DNA of 61,276 nucleotides, counting the filler, from Nemertoderma westbladi (Eukaryota; Animalia; Xenacoelomorpha): the NCBI GenBank assembly GCA_032718475.1. It is 3 parts of 3 records of this genome, joined end to end, with 100 filler letters (N's around TTAATTAATTAA, not from the genome) between each part and the next. Parts side by side here need not be neighbours in the genome. Positions count along the whole stretch, not along the records: positions 24,394 to 40,705 come from JAUCBJ010006339.1; positions 40,806 to 61,276 come from JAUCBJ010003103.1; 1 more part is not named here. One strand, 5' to 3'. Shown piece by piece: positions 37,420-49,545 of this stretch. The position numbers and the translations under genes are program-made. The notes beneath the pieces were generated by a model. The model searched no databases. It had not been told where the DNA came from and was given only the letters and a program-made list of their open reading frames with translations. Each line of letters begins with the position of its first letter. The stretch's first letter is position 1.

Positions 37420-38360
37420 TTTTGCCGAGTCAGCTCTCGGGGCAAGGGTATATACCACACTCTGATTTGCCATTCCACAGGGTGGGTGTCACCTACTCCA
37501 GAAGTCGAGGAAATCCTGCCAAGTACCTAACTGATCTAGACTATGCTGGTAACTTAAGAGTACTCTCAGAATCACTAGAGGGAGCCCAACGCTCCTCAGC
37601 TCATAACAACAGGCTGCTTCTAGTGTTTGTCTTTTTATTAACTCCAGAAAGACCAAAATTTTGACAGTTAACTTTGAAAGTCATCAGCAAGTCTCTGACC
37701 GGAGGAGCATAAGCTCAAAGGATGGTATGCTAGAGCATGTGGACGACTTCTGTTACCTAGGATCATGGATCCGGAAGTCAGGTGTGGATCTTCGAATACG
37801 TAAGGGAAAGGCATGGGCAGTCTTGAATAGGCTTTCCAGGATTTGGAAGTCACCGAGAATTAATCGGAAACTTAAGGTCCGATTATTTAGAGCAGCAGTA
37901 GTTCCAGTACTCCTCTATGGGAGTCCATGCTGGGCTCTAACTGCTGAGGACACCAAATCTCTGGATGGCACATTCACAAGAATGCTACGCCGGGTTCATT
38001 GTGTCAAGTTCAATGCACACATCTCCAACCAGACACTATATAACATTGGAGGTGTCTCATTGGTTCCCCCAAGCTTGACACTAGAACAAAATCGCCTCCG
38101 CTTTGCAGGACATTGCTTTCGCCGTGAGGACCAGCCAGTGCATAATCTTGTACTTTGGCAGCCTCATGGAGTGAATAAGCATGGTGGACAGCCCATGACT
38201 TTCTTGAGACGCATCTTAAAGGACACTTGCCTAGAAGATGCGGATGATCTAGCAAATGTCATGGGTGATAGGGAGTTGTGGCGGTGCAATTTTGTCGATA
38301 AGCCGGCACAGCATTCTTAAAAATACAGCTGCAATGCAGCATGCCGATCCTAGTAGTAGG
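37420..38360 (+). mobile_element. RTE-like LINE 3' fragment, near-identical to and head-to-head with the previous copy
   Basis: DLDYAGN (degenerate YADD), FCYLGS, VLLYGSPCWAL; (TAG)n tail. Confidence 0.88.
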
Positions 38361-38679
38361 GTGGGTGTCGCAGTGGACTCAGATATGAGGCCCATCACCC
38401 ATACCTACTCTGACGCACATGACCCACCATTGGTTATTCAACTTGGTTTCGAGTCACGGTTATCATCGTGGCTAAGTCCAATAGGATCTCCATAGGCCCC
38501 CTACCAACCAGCGATATAAGCATTATATGACTATGATATCAAGATATATATATTTCACTATACCGTCACTGAGTTACTATGCCCTGACCAGTCATTAAAA
38601 GATGATATATATTTCGCACCCTAGTACATAGTAAGTCATATTATTTTATAATTAGCAAGTCGTAGGACTTGATTACTGT

Positions 38680-38985
38680 AAGAATTGTTCGCTGACTGGC
38701 TGACTGACTGGCTGGCTGGCTGACTGACTGACTGACTGATCTACAGCCAAAACTACTCTAACGATTTTGATGAAATTTTCACACCGGCTAGATACCGCGA
38801 TTCTAAGGTCCCTGGTATGTTCCGCTATTTCGTCCATGGAGCCGTGGGCTCGAAAATGATACATAAACGAAAAAACGCCATAGGCGCAATGGTAAAATAA
38901 CACCAATGACAGCTTGTTGATGGAATTTACATTTGACTGGATGACTTCCGACTTGGCTTAACGGCGTCTTGACGCCGTCTCTAGT
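38680..38985. mobile_element. Possible Helitron/HINE-type short element
   Basis: (ctga/ctgg)n microsatellite followed by acgattttgatgaaattttcacac; terminal hairpin acggcgtc..gacgccgt then CTAG. Confidence 0.55.
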
Positions 38986-40349
38986 ATTGATAATATGGTG
39001 GTATTGTATGCATATGTTGTTTTGGTGTAATTAAATTTTGAAAATATAATATTAGAATCACATATATTGTACTTAATAAAAGCAATCGCAATTACAGTAG
39101 ACACGGAATAATAATAATAATAATGCCACAAATTATTATAAGAATTATGTTATATTATTATAAGATTATATGATTATTACATTATATAAGATTATTATAA
39201 GATTATTAAATATAATATTATCTAATCAAATACCATAAAATAGAAAAGAGAATAAAAGCATTTTTTTTTATTTTAATTTTGATAATTGATATATCAATTA
39301 ATTATTACTGTAATAAAAATTGTGAACTAAAATACCTAAAGGTAAAATTCCTCTACAATAATTCCTGTGAATATCAACGACCTTTAAAATCATATTTGGA
39401 ATCATTGTCTAGTCTACATAGCAACAGTTGTCATGATAACTGTGGCCAGAAACCAAGTTCAATAAACCCACTATGCATGCACTATGTACGATACAGCGGG
39501 GGTATCTTGAAACAGTACAATCATATAGTCATAGAATGCTTGGGTCGCTGGTTGCTATTTAGTAGTAGCAGTAGTTAGTAGTAGTTCCCGTAGCAACGGT
39601 TGTCATAATAACTGTGACTCGAATACAAGTTCAGTATGCGATATACTGAGGGAATATGTTGATTCTGAGGTCGCATAATGGGTAAGGTGGTGTTTGCTAT
39701 GGCGTGAACCGTAGATTACTGCCCCTAGCAACGGTTGCCAGGGTAACAGTGGTTTGAAAATAAGCTCATCGAATTCGCAATCATTGGTTTAGTCAAGATT
39801 GGGGTAAATCCTGTAACCATTGTGTGTTTAAAACATGGCAGCTGCAGATAAACACCCCGGTAACCATGGTAACACGATGTTATGAGAAATGCTCAAGGTT
39901 GTAGGGGCGACACCCTCCTAAATATTGTTCAGCAGGGTCTAATGAGTACAAAACCGATGAAACATTTTATGGGTATAAAATAACACGGTTCACCAAAATT
40001 TGTGCTATTTGCTGCCGGACTAATAGTAACAATTTTTTAAAATAAGGATTGTATGATATTTTTTGACTAAAAATGTTCTAGAACAAAAATATTTATCAAC
40101 ATTTGGTAGCTTATACGTGTTCTAATATAATATTTAACAATATTTATATATTTATCAAAATTTATAGCTAGCACTTCTTTTATAATATTTATTTTAACAA
40201 TAGCAAAAACTAGCTAGTATAATAAATCTGGTAAATGGGTACCCAATGTGTATACATAATGCCATTCACTTGCACTTGCACTGTTGTAACCCATGCACTG
40301 CAATATTGTTCCATAATTCTAAATAAAATGCTCAAGCAAATTGCAACAT

Positions 40350-40705
40350 TTTTACTCTCGATATTTTTCAACACTCGATATTTTTACTCTCGATATTTTT
40401 ACTCTCGATATTTTTCAACACTCGATATTTTTCAACACTCGATATTTTTACTCTCGATATTATTCAACACTCGATATTGTTACTCTCGATATTTTTTAAC
40501 ACTCGATATTTTTACTCTCCATATTTTTCCATACTCGATATTTTTACTCTCGATATTTTTCAACACTCAACATTTTTACCTCTCGATATTTTTCAACGCT
40601 CGATATTTTTACTCTCGATATTTTTCAACACTCGATATTTGTACTCTCGATATTTTCAACACTCGATATTTTTCACCACTCGATATTTTTACTCTCATAT
40701 TTTTC
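40350..40705. repeat. Inverted copy of the 15/17-bp minisatellite
   Basis: (actcgatattttt)n; runs into the contig end. Confidence 0.95.
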
Positions 40706-40805
40706 NNNNNNNNNNNNNNNNNNNNNNNNNNNNNNNNNNNNNNNNNNNNTTAATTAATTAANNNNNNNNNNNNNNNNNNNNNNNNNNNNNNNNNNNNNNN
40801 NNNNN
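40706..40805. other. Artificial contig linker
   Basis: Ns around TTAATTAATTAA. Confidence 0.95.
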
Positions 40806-40821
40806 AGATGCAGAAGTCAAG

Positions 40822-42771
40822 GTGGAGAAAGTCTCTAAGTCGAAGTCTAAAGCCAAACTTAAGTTATTGGAGCGGCCTGAAGAGTCATTGGAGCGGCCTG
40901 AAGAGTCATTGGAGCGGCCTGAAGAGTCATTGGAGCGGCCTGAAGAGTCATTGGAGCGGCCCGGAGACCTGTCAGACCAACAGACTTACGTGACTACTAG
41001 GTCAGGAAGGGTAAGTTATGACATAAAACCGCCCTTACAGACTAAACCGGAGTCACAGTTGGTAAGTGACGGACAGAAAATGACCGACAAAATGGAGCCT
41101 TTGGTTTCCAAACCTGCGGGTTTGGATTCGAAACTTCCGTTAATTAGCGGACAACCGTCGCTGGCATTAGAGTCATGCAGTATTTATGACAAATTACTAA
41201 ATTCGTCTGCCTCTTGGCTGACAATTTGTAAAAGAACTGCGTGGTTAAGCCGATACGTTTCGTACCTTTGTTTAAAACATTCGAAACATTTGAGAGAACG
41301 AACGAGCACCAATAGTGAGCGAATTCGAAAATTGAAACAACCTCTGACAGAGGATGAGATTGATCAAGCGGAATTAAGGCATTTGAGACATTATCAAATG
41401 TGTGCCTTCCCTAAAGAATTCCATCTATTATCGGCTCAACGACCAGTTCTCTATAAACCCCTTAGAAAATGGAGTCCATTAATCCATAAGGGTTTAATTT
41501 GTCATAGATCGAGAATCCAGACTGTCGACATAAACTCACAGTTTCGATTCCCAGTGATAATCCCTAGTCACCCAATAGAATTGCAAAGAGCGATTCTATG
41601 GGATATACACAAGAGGTTGCATCACGCGGGAAAGTTACACTGTCTGTCGGCAGCGAGACAGCGATTCATTCTATTGCAGCCAAGCAGGGCAGTAGGCACC
41701 ATGTATGACGCCTGTCTGGTTTGCAAGAGGGTGAACGCCAGAGTATTGGAACAGGAGATGGCTGAACTCCCGGAAGCGAGAGTGCAGGCATATGACCCAC
41801 CCTTTACGAATACAGGGGTGGACTGTTTTGGTCCGATTGAAGCAAAGAGTGGACGGCTGACCCACAAGCGATGGGGTCTGCTACTGACATGTATGGCTAG
41901 TAGACCCATACATATCGAGCGTGTGGCAGACATGTCGACCAAATCTCTGCTCCTGGCCTTGAAGAGATTTATGGCCAGGAGAGGACTAGTAAAGGCGTTC
42001 TACTCTGACAAGGGTACAAACTTTGTCGGAGGGAATAGCGAGTTGAACGCGGCTCATAAAGCAGCACAGAATAAGGAAATTTCTGCAGCACTTTTGCCGC
42101 AAAGAGTAGAATGGAGATTTAATACTCCAGAGAGTCCTTGGAGAGGAGGAAGTTGGGAGCGTTTGGTTCGCTCTGTGAAGCAGGCCATTGCCAAAACATT
42201 GCCTGTGAACAAACAACTTACCGACGACGAACTGGTCACAGCTTTCATTGAAATCGAGCATACACTAAACTCGAGGCCGATAGCTATGTTGCCAGACGGT
42301 GTTGCATTAACGCCGAATCATTTGCTAATGCAGAGTCCAGCATTTCTTGTGCCGGCATCAGAACCCATTAGTGCCGACCTATATAGTCGTAAGAGCTGGA
42401 AAGTAACACAGTTAGTGGCGTACACATTCTGGGAATATTGGCGGGAATACTATCTTCCCACCATATCTACCAGAACAAAGTGGTACAAGACGGTTCGGAG
42501 TCTCCAAAGGGGAGATTACGTGTTGATAACCGAGCCGATTATCAAGAGAAAGTATTGGGAGACGGGAGTGATCTTGCACACACACCCAGACGTGCAAAAC
42601 ATAGTGCGCACAGTCACTGTGAAAATTAGGTGCAAGTGTCCGCACCCAAAAAAGTGTAAAACTAATGGTTTACACACCTTGGACCGACCGGTCCAAGATA
42701 TTGTGTTATTAGAGGAGACACGTATCGAGACGGGAGATTACAATTTGTCTCCTGCCTCAAAACAGAGTTAG
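40822..42771 (+). CDS. Pol C-terminus (integrase plus DUF5641-like), uninterrupted, 5'-partial
   Basis: 649-aa ORF with HHCC and DDE motifs; lacks the stop and frameshift of copy 1. Confidence 0.9.
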   Translation: MEKVSKSKSKAKLKLLERPEESLERPEESLERPEESLERPEESLERPGDLSDQQTYVTTRSGRVSYDIKPPLQTKPESQLVSDGQKMTDKMEPLVSKPAGLDSKLPLISGQPSLALESCSIYDKLLNSSASWLTICKRTAWLSRYVSYLCLKHSKHLRERTSTNSERIRKLKQPLTEDEIDQAELRHLRHYQMCAFPKEFHLLSAQRPVLYKPLRKWSPLIHKGLICHRSRIQTVDINSQFRFPVIIPSHPIELQRAILWDIHKRLHHAGKLHCLSAARQRFILLQPSRAVGTMYDACLVCKRVNARVLEQEMAELPEARVQAYDPPFTNTGVDCFGPIEAKSGRLTHKRWGLLLTCMASRPIHIERVADMSTKSLLLALKRFMARRGLVKAFYSDKGTNFVGGNSELNAAHKAAQNKEISAALLPQRVEWRFNTPESPWRGGSWERLVRSVKQAIAKTLPVNKQLTDDELVTAFIEIEHTLNSRPIAMLPDGVALTPNHLLMQSPAFLVPASEPISADLYSRKSWKVTQLVAYTFWEYWREYYLPTISTRTKWYKTVRSLQRGDYVLITEPIIKRKYWETGVILHTHPDVQNIVRTVTVKIRCKCPHPKKCKTNGLHTLDRPVQDIVLLEETRIETGDYNLSPASKQS

Positions 42772-43528
42772 TGTTAGACGCAACTCACTTCGTATGCATT
42801 CCTCGTATGCAAATACAAGGAAATGCATAGGAGCGGGGTTGTGGTGATTTGCGTTGAGTTTTGTCTGGTGGGTATCAAAACAAAATTTTATTTTCAAAAA
42901 TTTTTGGAAAATTAGAAAATTTTAAAAATTAGAAGTGAACCCAAGACAATTCCAGACGCTGTGTATAGACGCGTTTTAGAATTCGTCTATAGAAAACAGT
43001 AATTTGAAAAGTCGTGAAGCCTGGAAAATAGCATTTAGAAACCATGGTGACGGCTATATTACGTAGGAGTGTAAATTGAGTTTAGCAACTTCCACAGATT
43101 GGTGCCAACAGTGCAACTAAGGTGCTAAAGGTTAGTAGCACCAGAGGCGTACATGGACCCCACTCAGTAGTTTGCAGGATGTGTGATGTTCGATTATCAA
43201 ACCTGTGGGTTTGGTATAGTCGAGTATTGTGGCTATAGTCCTTTCTAACTACTGTAGTTTAGTACGAGTAATGGGAGTAGTTTGGGCATCAAAAAGTGAG
43301 TTGGTCACGGCCAGTTTATCTCCAAAGTTTTTGCGCTATGCATGGGAATAGGTTAGAGGATAGTTAGGAAGAGACGGGATCTAGAGAGTCGAACCTGAAC
43401 TGCTGGAAGGCAGCTGGAAGGGGGGTTCGGGAAGTCTGTCCTTCGGCGACATCTAACTGATTACCCACAGTGTAATTGGTTTGCGTAACGGAACACTTAT
43501 TGGGATATATATGTGTATACGCGGGCAT

Positions 43529-44601
43529 AATGGAGGAGGATATTAGAGCGCAACCGCGCATAGGATTTACTGCCAGAGAGGAGGCGGAGTTACCATTCGC
43601 GCGACCGGGATGTAAAGACTCGAACGTTTACTACCATGGGCGGTCGGTGATGGAGCTAAATGGGAAATACAAACCCACGATTCCCGACCGACTAGACGAG
43701 CAACATCCAGAACCGATATTAACGCGATGTCCAGCTCACCAATTCCTTAGATATAACGAGGGAGGTTACCCGATGAGCAACCCGATGATCAGTATCGACT
43801 TCAACGGAAAGCGACCTCCGAGACCCATTACGCCGACCGTTACGACATTAGATCCGTATACGGAGATTAAACCCTGTTCGACACCCAGTTTGATAGAGAC
43901 GGCAGCGGCCATTTCTTCGCTGTACCGAGCCTATAAGGATCTAGAGGCGCGGCGCGAGGCGGTACGGGACTCGAGTTCCTGGACCACGTTCACTTCGCTT
44001 CACCAGGAGAGGAAGCTCACGCCTGAGTATCCAGACGAGATTCGCGCCGTCCATCCGTCTACTAACTATATCCAAGATCCGCGGTTTATACGATATTTAC
44101 TCCAAATTATTTCGGGAAGTTTCGACGAACGCATTATTAAGCCCGAATATGTCCAATCCTTTATATATCATCGTCGCTCTGATATATACGTCTAGAATTA
44201 TTACCCAGCGCACAATTGGCGGCCTAAGGAGACTCGTTTGGGGTCATTGACCTCTGAACGAGTGGAGGATCAGGACCGCCGCGCCCACAGCGACAACAGC
44301 CGGAGCTCACAGCTCGCGGCATGTACCAGAAGGAGGAGTCCTTGGCAAGCGTCAAGCCAAGGACGAGCAGTTCCACTCTATAAAGTTGAAGGAGGAGTTG
44401 GCGGAGGCGCCCACAGGGACACGGCAAATGGGACGAGGCCGAGGGAGGAGCACCAGTCGGGAGATCGTCGGTGCCCAGGGAACGTCGTCGCCGGTTCCGG
44501 GAAGTGACGCCTCAAGAACGCCGTCAACAGAGTCTACAGGGGGTAGACTGGTGTATCTGGGGAGGGGAGCGAGCCCGAGAGACCCAGGAGCTAGCCGATG
44601 A
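43529..44601 (+). pseudogene. Internally deleted version of the family A extra ORF
   Basis: Start MEEDIRAQPR and end GRLVYLGRG are retained; exonuclease and zinc knuckles are absent. Confidence 0.85.
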
Positions 44602-45419
44602 GACTATAATATCACGGAGCGACAGACTCTAGATATATACATCATCGTCGCTCTGATGTATATCGTAGGTTTTGATCAATCATTCGACTGGACTCATATA
44701 CACTAGTCGTATCCATATTTTAGAAATTTATTTTCGAAGGCCGAAAAATATTGAAAGGAAATACTTTTATTTTGTAGTCCGATTGGAAATAGTAAATACT
44801 TTAACTATATTTGATTTTGTGTATATGACTTTATTTGCTCTAAAGTTTATTGAAAGAGGCAAAGGAAGTGATTGGGGAGACAAACCCGCGGGTTTGGCTT
44901 ACTCCTATCACTTACCTGAGCAATCATCAAACCAAGATGATTTGCGTTTTTTATAAGAAATTAAGTAAAGTCCGAAAATGAAAGAAATTATTACGTATTT
45001 TATATTTAATTTGATTATCGGCCTTTAATGCAATTTAGTTAAAAATTTAGCCTCAAATACGTTTATATTTAGTTTATCTTGTTAATATTGCTTGTTAATT
45101 TGAGATGGGAAATGGGGGACATTGTCCTAGCCATGTTTCATTTCAATATGTAGATCGTCAATTTGTAAGTAAGTAAAGGAAGTAATATTTTGTAATTTAA
45201 TTTTGTATGTAGTAATCATTATGTAGAACGAACGAGAAACAGTATTTTGTAATTTTAATTTGTATGTAATTCATTATGCAATATCTATGGCAATATTTGT
45301 AAATAGTAGAATTATTATGTTATTTAGATTGGTTGGAAGAAATTTATTTTGTTTTGTATACATCACCTTATACTCTTCTACAATTGGAGGGAAACATTGT
45401 ATGATTTCCCTTGGAGCGG

Positions 45420-47499
45420 TGTTACGGTATATGGCGCTGTATCCATAATATTAGTCATCATGCAGTATGCAATATTAGTCCGTTATGCAGTATGCAATAT
45501 TAGTCCGTTATACTGTATGTAATATTAGTCCGTTGTGCAGCATGATATTTTAGATAAGGCATAATAACGCAGTGGTATTTAGATAGGGAAATCGAAACAC
45601 CCATATATTTGAATCCATCCATTTTGTATAGTATGTAGCCCTACCTACGTAATTTTGTATTAGGTTATATGTAGATAGTTCCAGGGTAAGTTTATTCGGA
45701 CCCTGGATTCCGTGCTTGCTGATATTAGCTTTAGTAGGGCTAGCATATAGGGACGCTGTCCTGGCCATTCAGCAGCCAGAGACGTGAACCATTACCATAT
45801 ATGGTAATAATTCGAGGAAGGGGAGCAAATAGGGCTACAATCCGGCCTCCTTATTGGACTAGCTGCTTCCAGGTTGGTCTAGTGCTAGCACGGACTGGAG
45901 AGCCAATAAGAAAGCGATTGAGTCACCCTATTGCATCACCCCATCCGGATCACCTATAAATTGGCGGTGTGCCGGTAGAGCCTCACCAACTCATCACATG
46001 ACACCTAGCCCTAGCACCTGTCTTGCTGTTTTTTCTTGATACTTTCTGCAATTTGCTAATTTGATTAATTTCGTGAAATGATTTGCTAGTGCGATTACTT
46101 GCTTGTGTTTCTCAATAATTCCTTCGATTACTGCTAATTACAACTGAACTATGATTTCTACCTTTTGATTAATGGTTCTATGTGATTCTTTTCTGCGCAA
46201 TAATCCTAAGGGATTCCTGAGACTGTCAGACTTTGTGATTTGCATGCGCCGCTACGGTAGCTATTAGCATAATGGAGGGCTAAGGCGCCAGTGGGCGGTG
46301 GGCACATCGGGGGGTTAGCGACGAAGGGAGCGGAGGATTCAAAGGCGAGCAACGCTGGCGGGGGGTCACCGTTGCGGTCGGGCAATTTGCATTGTAGCGT
46401 GGGGGCAGCTCGCTGGTACAGTAATTAGGGGGCTGATGATCCAGGTTTTGTCTCTATTTAGTATTAGGGGGGCAGGAATTGGGTTAGTTAGGAAGCCTAG
46501 ATGTACCCGGGAGAGGTCTGCGTGCTTTACAATTGCGAATTGCATGTATTGCAGTATTGCGAATTATTATATTGTGCTGTGTAATTGCTAATTGCGTGCA
46601 TTGCGGATTGTACAATTGTGAATCGCGCATTGCGAGCTGTGATTGCTGACGCTGATTGGTGTGTTACTAAAGTGTGCCTAAGATTACGAATGCTTAGATA
46701 GGCGCTCTTTTCCCTTTGATTGATTTCTATCTCTTAGTTTACTGTAAATAATTACTGATTAGGTCAAAGTAATACAGTATTTTAGGCTGTTACATATTTG
46801 TGACTGTAATTAATTAGTAAAATTAAGAATTAGTACGCAGCATAGCGGAGAGTAGCTAAGGTAATAATTAGAGTACCGTAAACTATTCACGCTGAGCGGT
46901 TATTTGAATTAGCGGGCAATAAGCTAGATAGCAGTATTCAGTACGCAAAACGCATTAGTAATTTGCTGGCCTAAAGCCAGCCGCAGACAAGTTTAGTCCC
47001 ACTATAGGTATTAGCCCTAATAAACACTGTACCACTTTGATTATTTTAAATATTCTCGCATTCACACATTCCGTTAGGGAACCCCCAGTATTCGCGATTA
47101 GAAAAGATGTAGGCATTGGCGTACTTTAACAGTAAGATTAGGCGTAAGAATATACTCTGAGTGTAAAACCTCTCACACTCGTTTTAAGTCAGCTTAGGGA
47201 GCCGATTCGGGTTTGTTGTTTTGGTTATTCCCGCGTGGCTCATATATTCGAACAGTTAGCTCTCTATCGAGTAATTGGTAGAGAAAGGAACAAGAAATTA
47301 GCAGGAGCCGTAGACTGGTAGAAAATTAGTAAAACATATTAGCGGACGGCAGGTTAGCGCCATCTAACGGTAAGTAGCGGTTTTGTATTTAGCAGCCCCT
47401 CACATTAGCAATAATACGCTCCTGATTGCCCTGTCTAATAAATAGAGCAGTTTGCAGTTTTGTGTCTTTATTGGTTAGGCCGGGGTAGTTTGTTTAACA
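45420..47499 (+). repeat. 3' LTR of family A copy 2 (2080 bp)
   Basis: TGTTA...TAACA; homologous to 17533-19775. Confidence 0.88.
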
Positions 47500-48871
47500 C
47501 TACAGGATCTAAGTTCATCAAAGTCAGGCCCTACAGGATCTAAGTTCATCAAAGTCAGGCCCTACAGGATCTAAGTTCATCAAAGTCAGGCCCTACAGGA
47601 TCTAAGTTCATCAAAGTCAGGCCCTACAGGATCTAAGTTCATCAAAGTCAGGCCCTACAGGATCTAAGTTCAACAAAGTAATTCACTACAGGATCTAAGT
47701 TCATCAAAGTCAGGCCCTACAGGATCTAAGTTCATCAAAGTCAGGCCCTACAGGATCTAAGTTCATCAAAGTCAGGCCCTACAGGATCTAAGTTCATCAA
47801 AGTCAGGCCCTACAGGATCTAAGTTCATCAAAGTCAGGCCCTACAGGATCTAAGTTCATCAAAGTCAGGCCCTACAGGATCTAAGTTCATCAAAGTCAGG
47901 CCCTACAGGATCTAAGTTCATCAAAGTCAGGCCCTACAGGATCTAAGTTCATCAAAGTCAGGCCCTACAGGATCTAAGTTCATCAAAGTCAGGCCCTACA
48001 GGATCTAAGTTCAACAAAGTAATTCACTACAGGATCTAAGTTCATCAAAGTCAGGCCCTACAGGATCTAAGTTCATCAAAGTCAGGCCCTACAGGATCTA
48101 AGTTCATCAAAGTCAGGCCCTACAGGATCTAAGTTCATCAAAGTCAGGCCCTACAGGATCTAAGTTCATCAAAGTCAGGCCCTACAGGATCTAAGTTCAT
48201 CAAAGTCAGGCCCTACAGGATCTAAGTTCAACAAAGTAATTCACTACAGGATCTAAGTTCATCAAAGTCAGGCCCTACAGGATCTAAGTTCATCAAAGTC
48301 TGGCCCTACAGGATCTAAGTTCATCAAAGTCAGGCCCTACAGGATCTAAGTTCATCAAAGTTAGGCCCTACAGGATCTAAGTTCATCAAAGTAATTCACT
48401 ACAGGATCTAAGTTCATCAAAGTCAGGCCCTACAGGATCTAAGTTCATCAAAGTCTGGCCCTACAGGATCTAAGTTCATCAAAGTCAGGCCCTACAGGAT
48501 CTAAGTTCATCAAAGTCAGGTCCTACAGGATCTAAGTTCATCAAAGTCAGGCCCTACAGGATCTAAGTTCATCAAAGACAGGCCCTAGGATCTAAGTTAA
48601 TCAAAGTCAGGCCCTACAGGATCTAAGTTCATCAAAGTCAGGCCCTACGGTATCTAAGTTCATCAAAGTCAGGCCCTACGGGATCTAAGTTCATCAAAGT
48701 CAGGCCCTACAGGATCTAAGTTCATCAAAGTCAGGCCCTACGGTATCTAAGTTCATCAAAGTCAGGCCCTATGGGATCTAAGTTTATCAAAGTCAGGCCC
48801 TACAGGATCTAAGTTCAACAAAGACAGGCCTTACAGGATCTAAGTTCATCAAAGTCAGGCCCTACAGGATA
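47500..48871. repeat. 31-bp satellite (~44 units); resumes at 58999-59038
   Basis: ctacaggatctaagttcatcaaagtcaggcc. Confidence 0.97.
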
Positions 48872-49493
48872 TGTAAGCGGATTCAATTCCGTTTCATTAT
48901 CCACCTTAGAATGGGACCACAGGCATTTTATCAATATAGTTGGGGATACGAGATTACCAATAATAATCTCGCCTCATAACCAACTTTGGGAGGGGGGGCG
49001 ACACAAGCCCTAAAGCCACAGAGAGAGGTGAGATGTCAAACCACCTTGGAGGGAGAACACAGCTAGTAGAGGCTAGCAGCGGGGGGAAACACTCACAGGG
49101 AGTGCCAAAGTGACAATTAGTATATTACCCAATAGCGGGGAGGGAAGCACGTGATTGGAGATAGGAAAGCATCCACTGGGTACAGAGGGCCAAGTACAGT
49201 AAGAGGTGAAACCAATATCTGTGTGTATCAATCCAGACCGGTCATAGTATATGACCGTCACTGCTACCAACATAACCAATTAATATCTGTGTATTTTCTG
49301 CTGTTATTTTGTATCGTGATATTCATTACATACATAGTTCTGTGCTATTACCATTTCGGAAGATTAATATTGAGAAACACAAACTCTCTTATTTCCCCGA
49401 CGGCCTTCGGCTAAAACGACTATAGTACAGCAGCTCCAGCGAAATGGTGACGCGTACATATCTAACCCGGTCAGGATCTATGATCCCATCACA
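48872..49493 (+). repeat. 5' LTR, family B
   Basis: tgtaagcggattcaattc...cccatcaca. Confidence 0.88.
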
Positions 49494-49545
49494 GTCATAA
49501 ACTCACCAACTAAAGCAAACTGTGACTGCAACAAGACACAGCAAG

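Larger units (their letters stand above)
40806..47499 (+). mobile_element. BEL/Pao family A, copy 2 (3' half)
   Basis: Colinear with 7295-19775. Confidence 0.93.

Noticed and set aside
47500-48871. 31-bp repeat as a CRISPR array
   Set aside because: Head-to-tail units with no unique spacers; eukaryotic context; no cas genes
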